Origin: Flavobacteriales bacterium
GTDB taxonomy: Bacteria; Bacteroidota; Bacteroidia; M30B66
Direction of reading: 5' to 3'
DNA: 64,000 nucleotides
Assembly: GCA_046294625.1 (NCBI GenBank)
Contig: JBKBKN010000007.1
Location: forward strand, 2,517 to 66,516
Part shown: positions 39,699-50,069 of the stretch, piece after piece
Layout of the letters: each line of letters opens with the position of its first letter
How positions within the stretch are numbered: the stretch's first letter is position 1
The notes under the pieces: model-generated
The model's database searches: none
What the model saw: the letters and a program-made list of their open reading frames with translations, nothing else
Told to the model about the DNA's origin: nothing
Program-made: the position numbers and the translations under genes

Positions 39699-40574
39699 GT
39701 GAACGATCCGGCAAAAGCAATACAATCCTTTCATGATCAATATCTTATGCATTTGGGCGATATCATCAACCTCATGCCGATAGGAGGTGGAAGCATTAAT
39801 CAGACCTTCAAACTGGTTACCTTACATCAAACATTCTTTGTGAAAGTAAACGATGCGGAGCAATTTCCCGACTTGTTTGACTGTGAATTTCGTGGACTCC
39901 ACGAAATTGCCGCAGTGATTCCCGATTATGTGCCCAATGTAATCTGTTTTGGAGAAGAAGATGATAGTCAGCTGTTGTTTATGGAGTGGATAGAACCGGG
40001 AGGCAGCACTGAGTATAGCAGTCAGGAAGCCGGAAGAGTATTGGCAACATTGCATCGGCACAGTAGAGAAAAATTCGGACTCGAGTACGATAACTATATG
40101 GGCTCACTAAGACAAATCAACAAAGAGTGTAACTCATTTGCAGAGTTCTACACCGAAAACAGAATTCTGCCGCAGGTGAAAATGTCGGTTGACAAGGGCC
40201 TGATAAACAAAGATAAGATCAAAGCCTTTGAAAAATTTTGTTCCAAAATTGATGAGCTTATCCCGAAAGAGCCTGCAAGCCTGATTCACGGCGATTTGTG
40301 GAGAGGCAATTTACTGCATAGCCGCGACGAAAAACCTTATTTGATCGACCCTGCTATTTCCTACTCACATCGTGAAACCGATCTTGCTATGCTCCGTCTT
40401 TTTGGAAGACCATCTGATGCGCTTTTTGAGATGTATGAGGATGAGTTCCCAACTGCTCCGGGGAGATTAGATCGTGAACGTTATTTTCAGCTCTATCCCC
40501 TTCTTATCCATCTCAATCTTTTTGGCATGGGCTATTACGACGATGTAATTAATATTGTGAAACCTTTCAATTGA
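39699..40574 (+). CDS. fructosamine/ketosamine-3-kinase family protein (APH-like kinase fold)
   Basis: GTG start. Has GGSINQTFKL, and catalytic region LIHGDLWRGNLL with DPA following. Confidence 0.75.
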   Translation: MNDPAKAIQSFHDQYLMHLGDIINLMPIGGGSINQTFKLVTLHQTFFVKVNDAEQFPDLFDCEFRGLHEIAAVIPDYVPNVICFGEEDDSQLLFMEWIEPGGSTEYSSQEAGRVLATLHRHSREKFGLEYDNYMGSLRQINKECNSFAEFYTENRILPQVKMSVDKGLINKDKIKAFEKFCSKIDELIPKEPASLIHGDLWRGNLLHSRDEKPYLIDPAISYSHRETDLAMLRLFGRPSDALFEMYEDEFPTAPGRLDRERYFQLYPLLIHLNLFGMGYYDDVINIVKPFN

Positions 40575-40580
40575 TAAATC

Positions 40581-40997
40581 ATGTCCACCACGTTTAATTC
40601 CGAACGCGCACCCGAACCCGTTGGTTTATATCCACATGCCCGAAGAGTGGGTAACTTGCTTTTTCTATCAGGTGTTGGACCGCGGGAAAGAGGAATTAAA
40701 AAAATTCCGGGTGTAGAGCTTGATGATCAGGGCAATATCATTAGTTACGATATTGAAAAACAATGTCATTCTGTGTTTAACAACATTAAATTAATACTTG
40801 AGGATGCTGGCTCATCGTGGGATAAAATCGTAGATGTTACTGTTTTTCTCACCAACATGAAGGATGATTTTAAAACATACAATCGAATTTATGCTGAATA
40901 TTTCAAGGAAAATCAGCCTTGCAGAACCACTATTGAAATCAACTGCCTCCCTACTCCCATTGCCATTGAGCTGAAAGTGATTGCGACGATTGATTAG
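40581..40997 (+). CDS. RidA/YjgF family reactive-intermediate deaminase
   Basis: 138 aa of YjgF/chorismate-mutase-like size and motifs (PARR..VGNLLFLSG, RTTIEI..LP). Confidence 0.8.
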   Translation: MSTTFNSERAPEPVGLYPHARRVGNLLFLSGVGPRERGIKKIPGVELDDQGNIISYDIEKQCHSVFNNIKLILEDAGSSWDKIVDVTVFLTNMKDDFKTYNRIYAEYFKENQPCRTTIEINCLPTPIAIELKVIATID

Positions 40998-42370
40998 CCA
41001 AACAAGTATCTGAACACCTCTTCAATTTTGCTCATACTAACTATCTCGGTCTGGAAAGATTTTGTATCCAGATTCTTAAGGTTGTAAGAAGAGATGATCA
41101 CTTTATCAAATCCGAGCTTATCTGCTTCCGCAATGCGTGTATCAATTCTACTCACTGGCCTGATTTCGCCGGATAGACCCACTTCAGCTGCAAAGCAGAT
41201 TTTGGAACTGATTGGGATATCCTCATTCGAAGAAAGAATTGCACAAACCACGCCTAAATCAACTGCCGGATCGTCTATTCTGATACCCCCTGTTATGTTA
41301 AGAAACACATCTTTAGCTCCCAACCGGAATCCACATCGCTTTTCAATAACTGCCAACAGCATATTGAGCCTACGAAGATCAAAACCGGTGGATGAACGTT
41401 GTGGTGTGCCATACACGGCAGAGCTCACCAATGCCTGAGATTCTACCAACATGGGCCTGGCTCCTTCAAGTGTAGCCGAAATGGTGATTCCACTATGCGC
41501 ACCGTCTAGTTCGGACAAAAGCACTTCTGATGGATTATTCACTTCTCTCAAACCAGAACCTACCATTTCATAAATACCAATTTCGGAAGTGGAACCAAAT
41601 CTGTTTTTAGTAGCCCTCACCAAGCGATAGACATGGTTTCGGTCGCCTTCGAACTGCAATACACAATCCACCATATGCTCCAATACTTTGGGTCCGGCTA
41701 TCTGTCCGTCTTTTGTGATATGTCCAATTAAAATAACCGGCGTATTTGTTTCTTTAGCAAATCGCATCAACTCAGCTGTGCATTCTCTGATTTGCGAAAC
41801 ACTCCCGGGCGATGATTCGATCTTGTCGGTATAAAGTGTTTGAATGGAATCTATGATCAATAAAGCAGGCTCTACATCTGAAATATGGCGAAAAATATGA
41901 TCGATTGATGTTTCTGCCATCACATAACACAGCTCATTACCGATGCCAATGCGTTGTGCGCGCATCTTAATCTGTTGTTCGCTTTCCTCACCCGAAACGT
42001 AAAGCACTTTATGATTTTTCAGCTTTGTAGCTAATTGCAAAAGCAAAGTGGATTTTCCAATACCTGGCTCTCCACCCAGTAAAATCAATGAGCCAGGCAC
42101 CACGCCCCCGCCCAATACGCGATTGAATTCTTTTCCGGGCATAATAAGCCTGGAAAGTTGACTTTCTTCAACTTCGGTGAGTAAAACAGGTCGGTTCTCT
42201 TTTCTTTTAACCAATGTTTCTTTATCCCACGCAGGCTGTCTGTCTGCCTTCGTCACACGCTCTTCTGCAAATGAATTCCATGCATTGCACGATGGACACT
42301 TCCCTAACCACTTTGGACTCTGAAAGCCACAGGATTGGCAATAAAAAAGGGTTTTGTTCTTAACGGACAT
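40994..42370 (-). CDS. radA: DNA repair protein RadA/Sms
   Basis: N-terminal C4 zinc finger (CQSCG...CPSC), Walker A GEPGIGKST, KNRFG motif, and a C-terminal Lon-like domain. 458 aa. Confidence 0.9.
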   Translation of the reverse strand: MSVKNKTLFYCQSCGFQSPKWLGKCPSCNAWNSFAEERVTKADRQPAWDKETLVKRKENRPVLLTEVEESQLSRLIMPGKEFNRVLGGGVVPGSLILLGGEPGIGKSTLLLQLATKLKNHKVLYVSGEESEQQIKMRAQRIGIGNELCYVMAETSIDHIFRHISDVEPALLIIDSIQTLYTDKIESSPGSVSQIRECTAELMRFAKETNTPVILIGHITKDGQIAGPKVLEHMVDCVLQFEGDRNHVYRLVRATKNRFGSTSEIGIYEMVGSGLREVNNPSEVLLSELDGAHSGITISATLEGARPMLVESQALVSSAVYGTPQRSSTGFDLRRLNMLLAVIEKRCGFRLGAKDVFLNITGGIRIDDPAVDLGVVCAILSSNEDIPISSKICFAAEVGLSGEIRPVSRIDTRIAEADKLGFDKVIISSYNLKNLDTKSFQTEIVSMSKIEEVFRYLFG

Positions 42371-42409
42371 ATTGGAAATTAAAAACCCTCATCGCTGAGG
42401 GTTCCAAAA

Positions 42410-42814
42410 TTAAAATAGTTTCTTAAATTCCAGCAGGGTTTGACCCGCAGGTTTGTCGTCAATAATTCGCTTGAGCACGATGCGAAGCACACCTTTTCTC
42501 AGCACCACAATTTCCCATTCTCCATTATAATCTTGTTCAAACTTAATAATTTCGAATCGACCACTTTTAGTGAATGAATATTGTCCTTCAGTTCTTAGTT
42601 TGCGAATATTGTTCTCAGGAAGATCATAGCTTCTAATTTTATTATCCGCTGTGAATTCCCATTGTCTTCTTGGCAATGTCATCGGAAGACGATCCATGAA
42701 AGTCATTTCCCAAACACCTACAATATTAGATCGCTGAGCCCCGGTACAAGAAGGCATAACTAGCATGCTAATCGCTGCTATTATCAATAAAAAGACTGTA
42801 ATAATTCTTGCCAT
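42410..42814 (-). CDS. hypothetical lipoprotein
   Basis: The ATG at 42814 gives MARIITVFLLIIAAISMLVMPSC (lipobox). The ORF-track start upstream is less likely. Confidence 0.35.
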   Translation of the reverse strand: MARIITVFLLIIAAISMLVMPSCTGAQRSNIVGVWEMTFMDRLPMTLPRRQWEFTADNKIRSYDLPENNIRKLRTEGQYSFTKSGRFEIIKFEQDYNGEWEIVVLRKGVLRIVLKRIIDDKPAGQTLLEFKKLF

Positions 42815-42866
42815 CGGGGTAATTCTCACGCGCAAATATATGAAATAACATGTTTTGTCAACAAAA

Positions 42867-43367
42867 TCATTGCATTTTATTCGATTTTTCGATAATGCCG
42901 GTGGTGGAATATCCATTCACAAAAGGAATGATGACCACCTGACCACCATGCGATTTCACAAAATCTGCACCAACGATTTCGTGTTCACTGTAGTCTCCAC
43001 CCTTCACCAGAATATCGGGTTTGATTGCAGAAATCAAATCAGCAGGTGTATCTTCCTGAAACAAAACAATACCATCGGTTTGTAGTAAGGAAGCTAATAA
43101 GAAAGATCGATCTTTTTCTTTGTTGACAGGTCTTTCAGCTCCCTTGAGTCGTTTAACTGACAAGTCGCTGTTGAGACCAATGATGAGTCTGTTACCTAAC
43201 GAACGGGCTTCTGCCAAGTACTTTGCATGGCCTAAATGCAGAATATCAAAACAACCATTGGTAAAAACAATTTTATCCCCTTTCAATCGCCATGCCGCAA
43301 TCTGTTTGACCAAACGATCTAATTCATATATCTTATTCTCAATAAATTGGTCAAAAACTGGCATCAT
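42867..43367 (-). CDS. D-glycero-beta-D-manno-heptose 1-phosphate adenylyltransferase (RfaE domain II / cytidylyltransferase-like)
   Basis: FTNGCFDILHLGH nucleotidyltransferase motif. 166 aa. Confidence 0.7.
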   Translation of the reverse strand: MMPVFDQFIENKIYELDRLVKQIAAWRLKGDKIVFTNGCFDILHLGHAKYLAEARSLGNRLIIGLNSDLSVKRLKGAERPVNKEKDRSFLLASLLQTDGIVLFQEDTPADLISAIKPDILVKGGDYSEHEIVGADFVKSHGGQVVIIPFVNGYSTTGIIEKSNKMQ

Positions 43368-44395
43368 GATTTATTTTTAATGATGTAAAATCCAATAAGA
43401 GAGATTGTTCCAACAGCAAGCACCATGATAAACTGCGAAGTATGAACAATCGTGGCGAATACAAGTCCCGGACTGAATTTCTCTCCGGTCACATAATCTG
43501 TGATCGGCACAATATTGTAAAGCATCAATGCTTTTTCAACTAAAAAGTGAAAGGTTCCGAAACCGCCCTGCACCGGAGCCGACATGCCCAAACCACCAAC
43601 CACTGTCATAAACAGACCATCGATTTTAGAAAGCAAAGCTGTGTGCTCATAGGAGAAAAAGCAAATCCAAGTCATCAGAAAATACATAGACCAAATAAGC
43701 AAAGTGTGACCTATGAATGCCCACTTTTTCTTCATTCTGAACAAAGCTCTGAAGCCAGAAGCGATTTCCTGAGCAAAGCTGCGTGTTTTAATCACAACCT
43801 TATTATCAGGATTCTTGCTGATGTATCTCCATGAAAAAAATAAAAGTGCAGACAAGATAACTACGGCAGAAAGTATAAACATAACACCACTTAGGCTATT
43901 GAAATTGAGCAAGGGTTTTAACTTTTCAGAGAAAAAATCAATGAAGAAACTTCCGAAAAAATTAATTTTGTAGAGAAACACAAACCCAATAAGCGAAAAG
44001 AGCATGACAAGATCTATCACTCTTTCAAGGATTACAGTGCCAATGAGTTTGGTGACCGGTGCGCCATTCATTCGATAAAGAATGGTGCATCTAACTATCT
44101 CGCCGATTCTCGGAAAAGCAATATTTGCAAAATAACCTAAATTTACTGCAATCATGCTATGCATGAGGTGCGTTTTATGACCGAGTGGTTCCAATACAAT
44201 AAGCCATCTAGCAGCGCGACTCCACAATGCGATGATGCCAAAAATGATGGATAGTGCTATGTAGCGCATATCTGCTGCTTTTATTTCACTATACATTCTA
44301 TTCAAGTCCACTTCTTTGAATACCATGAAAAGCAACACCGCACCGATGCCTAGGAAAAAAAGATATTTAACAAAAGAAATGAGCTTCTTTTTCAC
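43364..44395 (-). CDS. flippase-like (UPF0104 / lysylphosphatidylglycerol synthase TM region) membrane protein
   Basis: GTG start. About 8 TM segments, with an N-terminal region FLGIGAVLLFMVFKEVDL...AARW typical of the TIGR00374 family. Confidence 0.6.
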   Translation of the reverse strand: MKKKLISFVKYLFFLGIGAVLLFMVFKEVDLNRMYSEIKAADMRYIALSIIFGIIALWSRAARWLIVLEPLGHKTHLMHSMIAVNLGYFANIAFPRIGEIVRCTILYRMNGAPVTKLIGTVILERVIDLVMLFSLIGFVFLYKINFFGSFFIDFFSEKLKPLLNFNSLSGVMFILSAVVILSALLFFSWRYISKNPDNKVVIKTRSFAQEIASGFRALFRMKKKWAFIGHTLLIWSMYFLMTWICFFSYEHTALLSKIDGLFMTVVGGLGMSAPVQGGFGTFHFLVEKALMLYNIVPITDYVTGEKFSPGLVFATIVHTSQFIMVLAVGTISLIGFYIIKNKS

Positions 44396-44746
44396 TTATC
44401 TAAGTCTATTGCTGATAGTATCAGGGAATACCAAAGATGGTTTAAATGATTTGGCCTCATCAAAATCCATCGATGCATAGGAAATAATAATGATTATATC
44501 TCCGACCTGAGCTTTGCGTGCTGCAGGACCATTCATGCAAATCACTCCAGACCCTCTTTCGCCTTTTATTACGTAAGTTTCCAAGCGTTCTCCATTGTTA
44601 ATATTAACCACCTGCACCTTTTCGTTTTCTATAATATTGGCTGCATCCATCAAGTCTTCGTCTATGGTGATGCTTCCTATATAATTGATGTCAGCCTGTG
44701 TGATGGTGACTCTGTGAATTTTTGACTTAACTACCTGTATGTGCAT
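44396..44746 (-). CDS. panD: aspartate 1-decarboxylase
   Basis: [23 protein letters not shown], with self-processing Gly-Ser site. 116 aa. Confidence 0.9.
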   Translation of the reverse strand: MHIQVVKSKIHRVTITQADINYIGSITIDEDLMDAANIIENEKVQVVNINNGERLETYVIKGERGSGVICMNGPAARKAQVGDIIIIISYASMDFDEAKSFKPSLVFPDTISNRLR

Positions 44747-44768
44747 TTTGGTTGCAAAATTAATGATA

Positions 44769-45614
44769 TTAATTTAATTGCATATTATCAATTAAACGTA
44801 TGCCTTCATGTCTAACTGCAATGAAAGCAATGGCACGAGTACCTTCTGCCATTTGATCTAAACTACGCAAGGTATCTTCCTCGGCTATTTCGAAATATTC
44901 CAGCTGAATATGATGAACCTGCAAGAGTTCGTTTACTTTTTCTGCAATTTTAGTTTTATCAGCACCTTCATTCCACTGTTGTCGGGCTTCTGTCAATGCC
45001 TTGTAAATCGATGATGCCTTAATTCTTCCTTGTGCAGAGAGCAAGCTGTTTCGTGAGCTTAGCGCCAGTCCGCTCGAATCCCTTGATGTGTCTTGGGCTA
45101 CAATGGTAATTTTTTTAAAAAGTTGATTAGCCAAAAGTTTTATCACCATTAATTGCTGATAATCTTTTTTACCGAAATAGGCCTTATCCGGGCTAACCAT
45201 TTGAAAAAGTATGCCTACAATATTGACCACTCCCTTGAAGTGACCAGGCCTCAACTTTCCTTCCATCACTTGGTCTAAATGACCCAAATCAATCTCATAA
45301 ACATGCTGTCCTTCGAAATAAATATCATCTGTAGATGGCATGAAAACAATGTCAGCACCTTCTTTCTGTAGCAAAACTAAATCATTATCTGGTGTTTTGG
45401 GATAATTCTGAAAATCCTTTGCTTCATTGAACTGTTTCGGATTCACGAATATGCTGCATACTGTTACATCATTCTCTTTCTTTGCTCTTCTGATAAGGGA
45501 AAGATGACCTTCATGCAAAGCTCCCATCGTAGGGACAAATCCTATAGACTTGCCTTCGTCTTTTAAGGATGAGATGAGACTGCTAAGTTCGGAGGGTTTC
45601 CTGATTACTTTCAT
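44769..45614 (-). CDS. panC: pantoate--beta-alanine ligase
   Basis: [17 protein letters not shown]-class motif and pantothenate synthetase length. Lies upstream of panD. Confidence 0.9.
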   Translation of the reverse strand: MKVIRKPSELSSLISSLKDEGKSIGFVPTMGALHEGHLSLIRRAKKENDVTVCSIFVNPKQFNEAKDFQNYPKTPDNDLVLLQKEGADIVFMPSTDDIYFEGQHVYEIDLGHLDQVMEGKLRPGHFKGVVNIVGILFQMVSPDKAYFGKKDYQQLMVIKLLANQLFKKITIVAQDTSRDSSGLALSSRNSLLSAQGRIKASSIYKALTEARQQWNEGADKTKIAEKVNELLQVHHIQLEYFEIAEEDTLRSLDQMAEGTRAIAFIAVRHEGIRLIDNMQLN

Positions 45615-45924
45615 CGATTAGAGTGTATCAGAAAATAATTTCGCATTCAAATGCTTGAGAATTAGACATGTTACGCCAAAAGGGCTGCAAAGCTAAAAGA
45701 TAATACTTGAAAAAGTTCATTTTTTTTTATTAATTTTGCAGACGGAATTCGATGGAAGATTTTTGTTCTAAACATATTCATCTGCAAACATTAACCCTGT
45801 TTGAATTACTCATAAATCAATCTCCGATTTTCAGTAATGAAAAAATTGGCCAAGAAGGCGCGTCACCCATAGCCCGAATGAATTCCATGAAATCAATACC
45901 ATATCTAACTTAAAACAATAATTT

Positions 45925-46761
45925 ATGAAAAAGACGAGAGTATTGTTCGTGTCTCAAGAAATTACCCCTTATTTACCGGAGTCGCACATATCCAAAATAG
46001 CCCGCGAGCTTCCTCAAGCTATTCAGGAAAAAGGGAAAGAAATAAGAACCTTCATGCCGCGTTTCGGCTGCATTAACGAGAGAAGAAATCAATTGCACGA
46101 AGTAATACGCTTGTCTGGAATGAACCTTATTATCGATGACAACGACCAGCCGCTCATCATTAAGGTTGCATCCATTCAACCGGCCAGAATGCAAGTTTAT
46201 TTCATTGACAACGATGAATACTTTCAAAGAAAAGCAGTATTTGGCGACACGAAAACTGACTTTTTTGAAGACAACGACGAGCGCATGCTATTCTTCTGCA
46301 AGGGCGTTCTTGAAACCGTTAAGAAACTTGGTTGGTCTCCTGATGTGATTCATTGCCAAGGATGGATGACATCGTTGATTCCTTTACTCATCAAAACCAA
46401 TTACAGAGACGAGCCGCTGTTTAGCGAAACAAAAATTGTTTATTCGCTTTACAACGACACTTTCAGTGAAACGCTCAACCACCGCCTACCGGAAAAACTA
46501 ATTATGGATGGTGTAGATGCAAAAAATGTGGAGCTTATCAAGACCCCTACACACACTTCGCTTACCAAGCTTGCTGTTAAGTTTTCTGACGGTTTGGTTT
46601 ATGGTGACCAAGCTTTGCCAAAAGAACTGGTTAAAATTGCTGAAGATTCGTCAAAACCATCTATCGTACTCGATCAGAATGAAGAAGGTTATGCGGAACG
46701 CTTTTCTGTCTTTTATGATGAAGTTGCTCTGGGGGAGCCCGTGGCCGAGCTAGCTAATTAA
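45925..46761 (+). CDS. glycogen/starch synthase N-terminal (GT5) domain-only protein
   Basis: MKKTRVLFVSQEITPY..ES.IS..AR.LP and the rest of the Glyco_transf_5 catalytic-domain N-half. Only 278 aa, so no C-terminal GT1 half. Confidence 0.6.
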   Translation: MKKTRVLFVSQEITPYLPESHISKIARELPQAIQEKGKEIRTFMPRFGCINERRNQLHEVIRLSGMNLIIDDNDQPLIIKVASIQPARMQVYFIDNDEYFQRKAVFGDTKTDFFEDNDERMLFFCKGVLETVKKLGWSPDVIHCQGWMTSLIPLLIKTNYRDEPLFSETKIVYSLYNDTFSETLNHRLPEKLIMDGVDAKNVELIKTPTHTSLTKLAVKFSDGLVYGDQALPKELVKIAEDSSKPSIVLDQNEEGYAERFSVFYDEVALGEPVAELAN

Positions 46762-46786
46762 TCTTATTAATTTTGTCTAAAAGGCC

Positions 46787-48112
46787 TTGAAAAAATTGCT
46801 GAACAATAAATGCCCGAAATGCTTTCGGGCATTTCATATTTTTGGAACCTTAATACTGGCTTTACTTTATTCCTGCACTAAGCCGGAGTTTACCCGCTCG
46901 CTACAGCCAGAATCTGATGATTTGATGCTCGGCAGCACCTTCGAAGTTGTTCCGGTCTGTATGACCGAACGAGTAGATTCGTTAGCGTCTTCTCAAGTCT
47001 TGCAAAACTGCGCCGGTTCATACATAGATCCGATACTCGGCAAGGTGAATGCTTCATTTGCAGCTCAACTTCGCCTTCAACTTAACAACATCAGCTTTGG
47101 AACAAATCCGGTAGTTGACTCCATCATTCTTGCATTACCTTATGCAGGTGCATATGGCGATGTACTCAAGTTGAATGGTCTTCAACGATTTGTAGTCTAT
47201 GAGCTGGATAGCTCCTTAAACACACAACAGGTTTACTACACCAACAAAAATTTCCCTGTAAAACCAGATCCTATAGGGGTTTCGCCTTATCTAATACCAC
47301 GCTTAAACACCAATGTACCAGTAGCAGGCACCAGCAGCTTTCCTCAGTTAAGAATCCGATTGAATCAAAGTCTGGGAGAAAGGTTTGTTGATCCGGAGAA
47401 TCAAAGCAATTTTCAGAATACCGATGTCTTTCTTAACTTTTTCAAAGGGATCAAAATAGAAGCCGAACTATTCAGAGAACAAGCAGGAGATGGCAGCATC
47501 GTCTATTTTGACTTACTTAGAGGGGCGAGAATCGAATTATATTACAAGAACGACACCCAAGATTCACTCCGAGCTAATTTCGTGATTAATGAACTCAGTT
47601 CCAGAGTGAATACATTCTCTCATCAGTATTCTCCAGAAGTGCTCAATTCGTTAAACAATACAGAGGCAGGAAAGCAACGTTTGTTCAATCAATCAACCGC
47701 GGGCTTAAGAACAGTAATGCATTTTCCCGATCTTCAGCAATGGAAAGCCGGGCGACGAATTCTTGTAAATAAGGCGGAACTTGAAGTTTATGCCGATGAG
47801 AATACCATCGGAATATATAGTCCGCCATTGCGAATAGATGCAGTGACCCGAGATGCCGAAGGCAGATTGTTAAATTTGCCGGACTTTGCCATCAGGCAAG
47901 TAAGACCGCTGGGGGGAGATTTTTTATTGAACCAAAAATTATATAGATTTACAGTAACAAAATATATTCAGGAACTCTTGGATGGAGCAGAAGATAGAGG
48001 GCTGATTTTGGTTAACACTGCAGCAGTAATTTCTGCCAACAGGGTTGTTTTCCATGGACCGGAATCCCAAATAAATCCACTTAGACTTAAAATAATTTAC
48101 AAAGAACTTTAA
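46787..48112 (+). CDS. DUF4270-family lipoprotein
   Basis: Signal/lipobox (LLYSC). Its position between the GT5-like gene and glmS matches the conserved Bacteroidota synteny. Confidence 0.45.
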   Translation: MKKLLNNKCPKCFRAFHIFGTLILALLYSCTKPEFTRSLQPESDDLMLGSTFEVVPVCMTERVDSLASSQVLQNCAGSYIDPILGKVNASFAAQLRLQLNNISFGTNPVVDSIILALPYAGAYGDVLKLNGLQRFVVYELDSSLNTQQVYYTNKNFPVKPDPIGVSPYLIPRLNTNVPVAGTSSFPQLRIRLNQSLGERFVDPENQSNFQNTDVFLNFFKGIKIEAELFREQAGDGSIVYFDLLRGARIELYYKNDTQDSLRANFVINELSSRVNTFSHQYSPEVLNSLNNTEAGKQRLFNQSTAGLRTVMHFPDLQQWKAGRRILVNKAELEVYADENTIGIYSPPLRIDAVTRDAEGRLLNLPDFAIRQVRPLGGDFLLNQKLYRFTVTKYIQELLDGAEDRGLILVNTAAVISANRVVFHGPESQINPLRLKIIYKEL

Positions 48113-48125
48113 CCCATTAAAAACA

Positions 48126-49973
48126 ATGTGTGGAATCGTAGCATATATAGGAGAAAAGCAGGCATACCCCATTCTTATCAAAGGCCTCCAACGTTTAGAA
48201 TATCGTGGTTATGATAGCGCTGGAGTTGCGCTACTCAATGAAAATACCCCAATCAGGCTCTTTAAACGAAAAGGCAAGGTGAGTGATTTGATTGAGTATA
48301 CAAAAGACAAAGACACATCAGGAAAACTCGGAGTTGGTCACACCAGATGGGCAACTCATGGTGTTCCGAATGATGTAAATGCACACCCCCATTTCAGTGA
48401 ATCAGAAGAACTTGTCATCATTCACAATGGCATCATTGAAAACTACGCATCGCTTAAGAAAGAGCTTCAGAATAGAGGTCACGTATTCAAAAGTGATACA
48501 GATACAGAAGTACTGATCTACTTAATTGAAAACATTATCAAGAATGAAAATGTTGATTTAATAAAGGCAATACAAATGGCATTAGGTCAGGTAGTAGGGG
48601 CTTATGCAATTGTCATTTTGTCGAAGCAAAATCCGGATTTACTTATTGGTGCCAAAAAGGGCAGCCCAATGGTGGTAGGCATCGGAGGCGATGATGAATA
48701 CTTTATTGCGTCTGACGCCACACCAATAATTGAATACACAAAAAATGTTGTTTACCTTGATGATGAAGAGATTGTGATCTTAGAAAGAGGCAAACCACTA
48801 AAAATCAAAACCATAAAAGACCAGGATAAAACTCCTTACATCCAGGAACTTGAGATGCACCTTGAAGCAATTGAAAAGGGAGGTTTTGATCATTTTATGC
48901 TCAAGGAGATATACGAACAACCCAGATCGGTGCGTGACAACATGCGCGGGAGACTAAATTTAGAAAAGGGTGAGCTTACCTTAGGGGGCATTATTGATTA
49001 CCATTCCAAAATGGTGAATGCCAATAGAATTATTATTGTAGCATGCGGAACATCGTGGCATGCAGGCTTGGTGGGTGAATATCTTTTCGAAGACCTTGCA
49101 AGAATCCCTGTAGAAGTTGAATATGCATCTGAATTTAGATACCGTAACCCGATCATTACAGAAAATGATATCGTAATCGGAATCAGTCAGTCGGGCGAAA
49201 CGGCCGATACGCTTGCTGCAATAGAGCTAGCCAAATCTAAAGGAGCTACTATTTTTGGCATTTGTAACGTAGTGGGATCAAGCATTCCGCGCGTGACACA
49301 TGCCGGATCTTACACTCATGCCGGCCCCGAAATAGGCGTTGCCTCCACAAAGGCGTTCACCGCTCAACTCACTGTTTTAACCTTGATGGCACTTGTGCTT
49401 GCTCACAAAAAAGGTACCATCACCGAGGTAAAATACCGTCAAATGTTATATGAACTCGATGCAATTCCGGCAAAAATTGAAGAAACCCTGAAGCTTGATG
49501 CGCAGATTAAATACATTTCTGGTATTTACAAAGATGCCAGAAACTTCTTGTACTTGGGTCGCAGCTATAACTTCCCGCTCGCACTCGAAGGCGCTTTGAA
49601 GCTTAAAGAAATCTCCTACATACATGCCGAAGGATATCCTGCTGCGGAAATGAAGCATGGGCCTATTGCATTGATAGACGAAGAAATGCCTGTGGTAGTA
49701 ATTGCACCAAACAAAGGAAGCTATGAGAAAATTGTAAGCAATGTGCAAGAAGTAAAAGCCCGTGGCGGCAAAGTGATCTCCATCGTTACCCAGGGAGATA
49801 TAGAAGTAAAAGCACTGTCGGACCATTGCATTGAAATTCCTGAAGTAGCTGAAGAATTGACACCTTTGATTTCAGTTATTCCACTGCAGCTGCTTGCTTA
49901 CCATATAGCAATATTGCGAGGTTGTAATGTGGATCAACCTCGAAACCTAGCAAAATCGGTGACTGTAGAGTAA
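48126..49973 (+). CDS. glmS: glutamine--fructose-6-phosphate aminotransferase
   Basis: N-terminal MCGIVAYIG (Ntn Cys), two SIS domains, C-terminal ...SVTVE. 615 aa. Confidence 0.95.
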   Translation: MCGIVAYIGEKQAYPILIKGLQRLEYRGYDSAGVALLNENTPIRLFKRKGKVSDLIEYTKDKDTSGKLGVGHTRWATHGVPNDVNAHPHFSESEELVIIHNGIIENYASLKKELQNRGHVFKSDTDTEVLIYLIENIIKNENVDLIKAIQMALGQVVGAYAIVILSKQNPDLLIGAKKGSPMVVGIGGDDEYFIASDATPIIEYTKNVVYLDDEEIVILERGKPLKIKTIKDQDKTPYIQELEMHLEAIEKGGFDHFMLKEIYEQPRSVRDNMRGRLNLEKGELTLGGIIDYHSKMVNANRIIIVACGTSWHAGLVGEYLFEDLARIPVEVEYASEFRYRNPIITENDIVIGISQSGETADTLAAIELAKSKGATIFGICNVVGSSIPRVTHAGSYTHAGPEIGVASTKAFTAQLTVLTLMALVLAHKKGTITEVKYRQMLYELDAIPAKIEETLKLDAQIKYISGIYKDARNFLYLGRSYNFPLALEGALKLKEISYIHAEGYPAAEMKHGPIALIDEEMPVVVIAPNKGSYEKIVSNVQEVKARGGKVISIVTQGDIEVKALSDHCIEIPEVAEELTPLISVIPLQLLAYHIAILRGCNVDQPRNLAKSVTVE

Positions 49974-49996
49974 TATTTTTTCCTGATAAACAAATT

Positions 49997-50039
49997 AATC
50001 AATAGTTCGTTTATAACCAATCAACAGTTCGTTTATATT
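49997..50039 (+). promoter_or_regulatory. tandem 21-bp direct repeats upstream of the carH-like gene (candidate operator)
   Basis: AATCAATAGTTCGTTTATAAC and AATCAACAGTTCGTTTATATT match at 19 of 21 positions with a 22-bp period, and end about 30 nt before the regulator ATG. Confidence 0.35.
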
Positions 50040-50069
50040 AGACTAACAGATTTGCGGGGAAGCCAAATT

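Noticed and set aside
45615-45924. A 310-bp divergent intergenic region between panC and the GT5-like gene, checked for regulatory RNA elements
   Set aside because: No recognisable riboswitch architecture or repeats. It is a plain bidirectional promoter region.
48113-48125. Possible glmS ribozyme/riboswitch upstream of glmS
   Set aside because: Only 13 nt separate the DUF4270 gene from glmS, which leaves no room for a structured leader. The glmS ribozyme is a Gram-positive feature.
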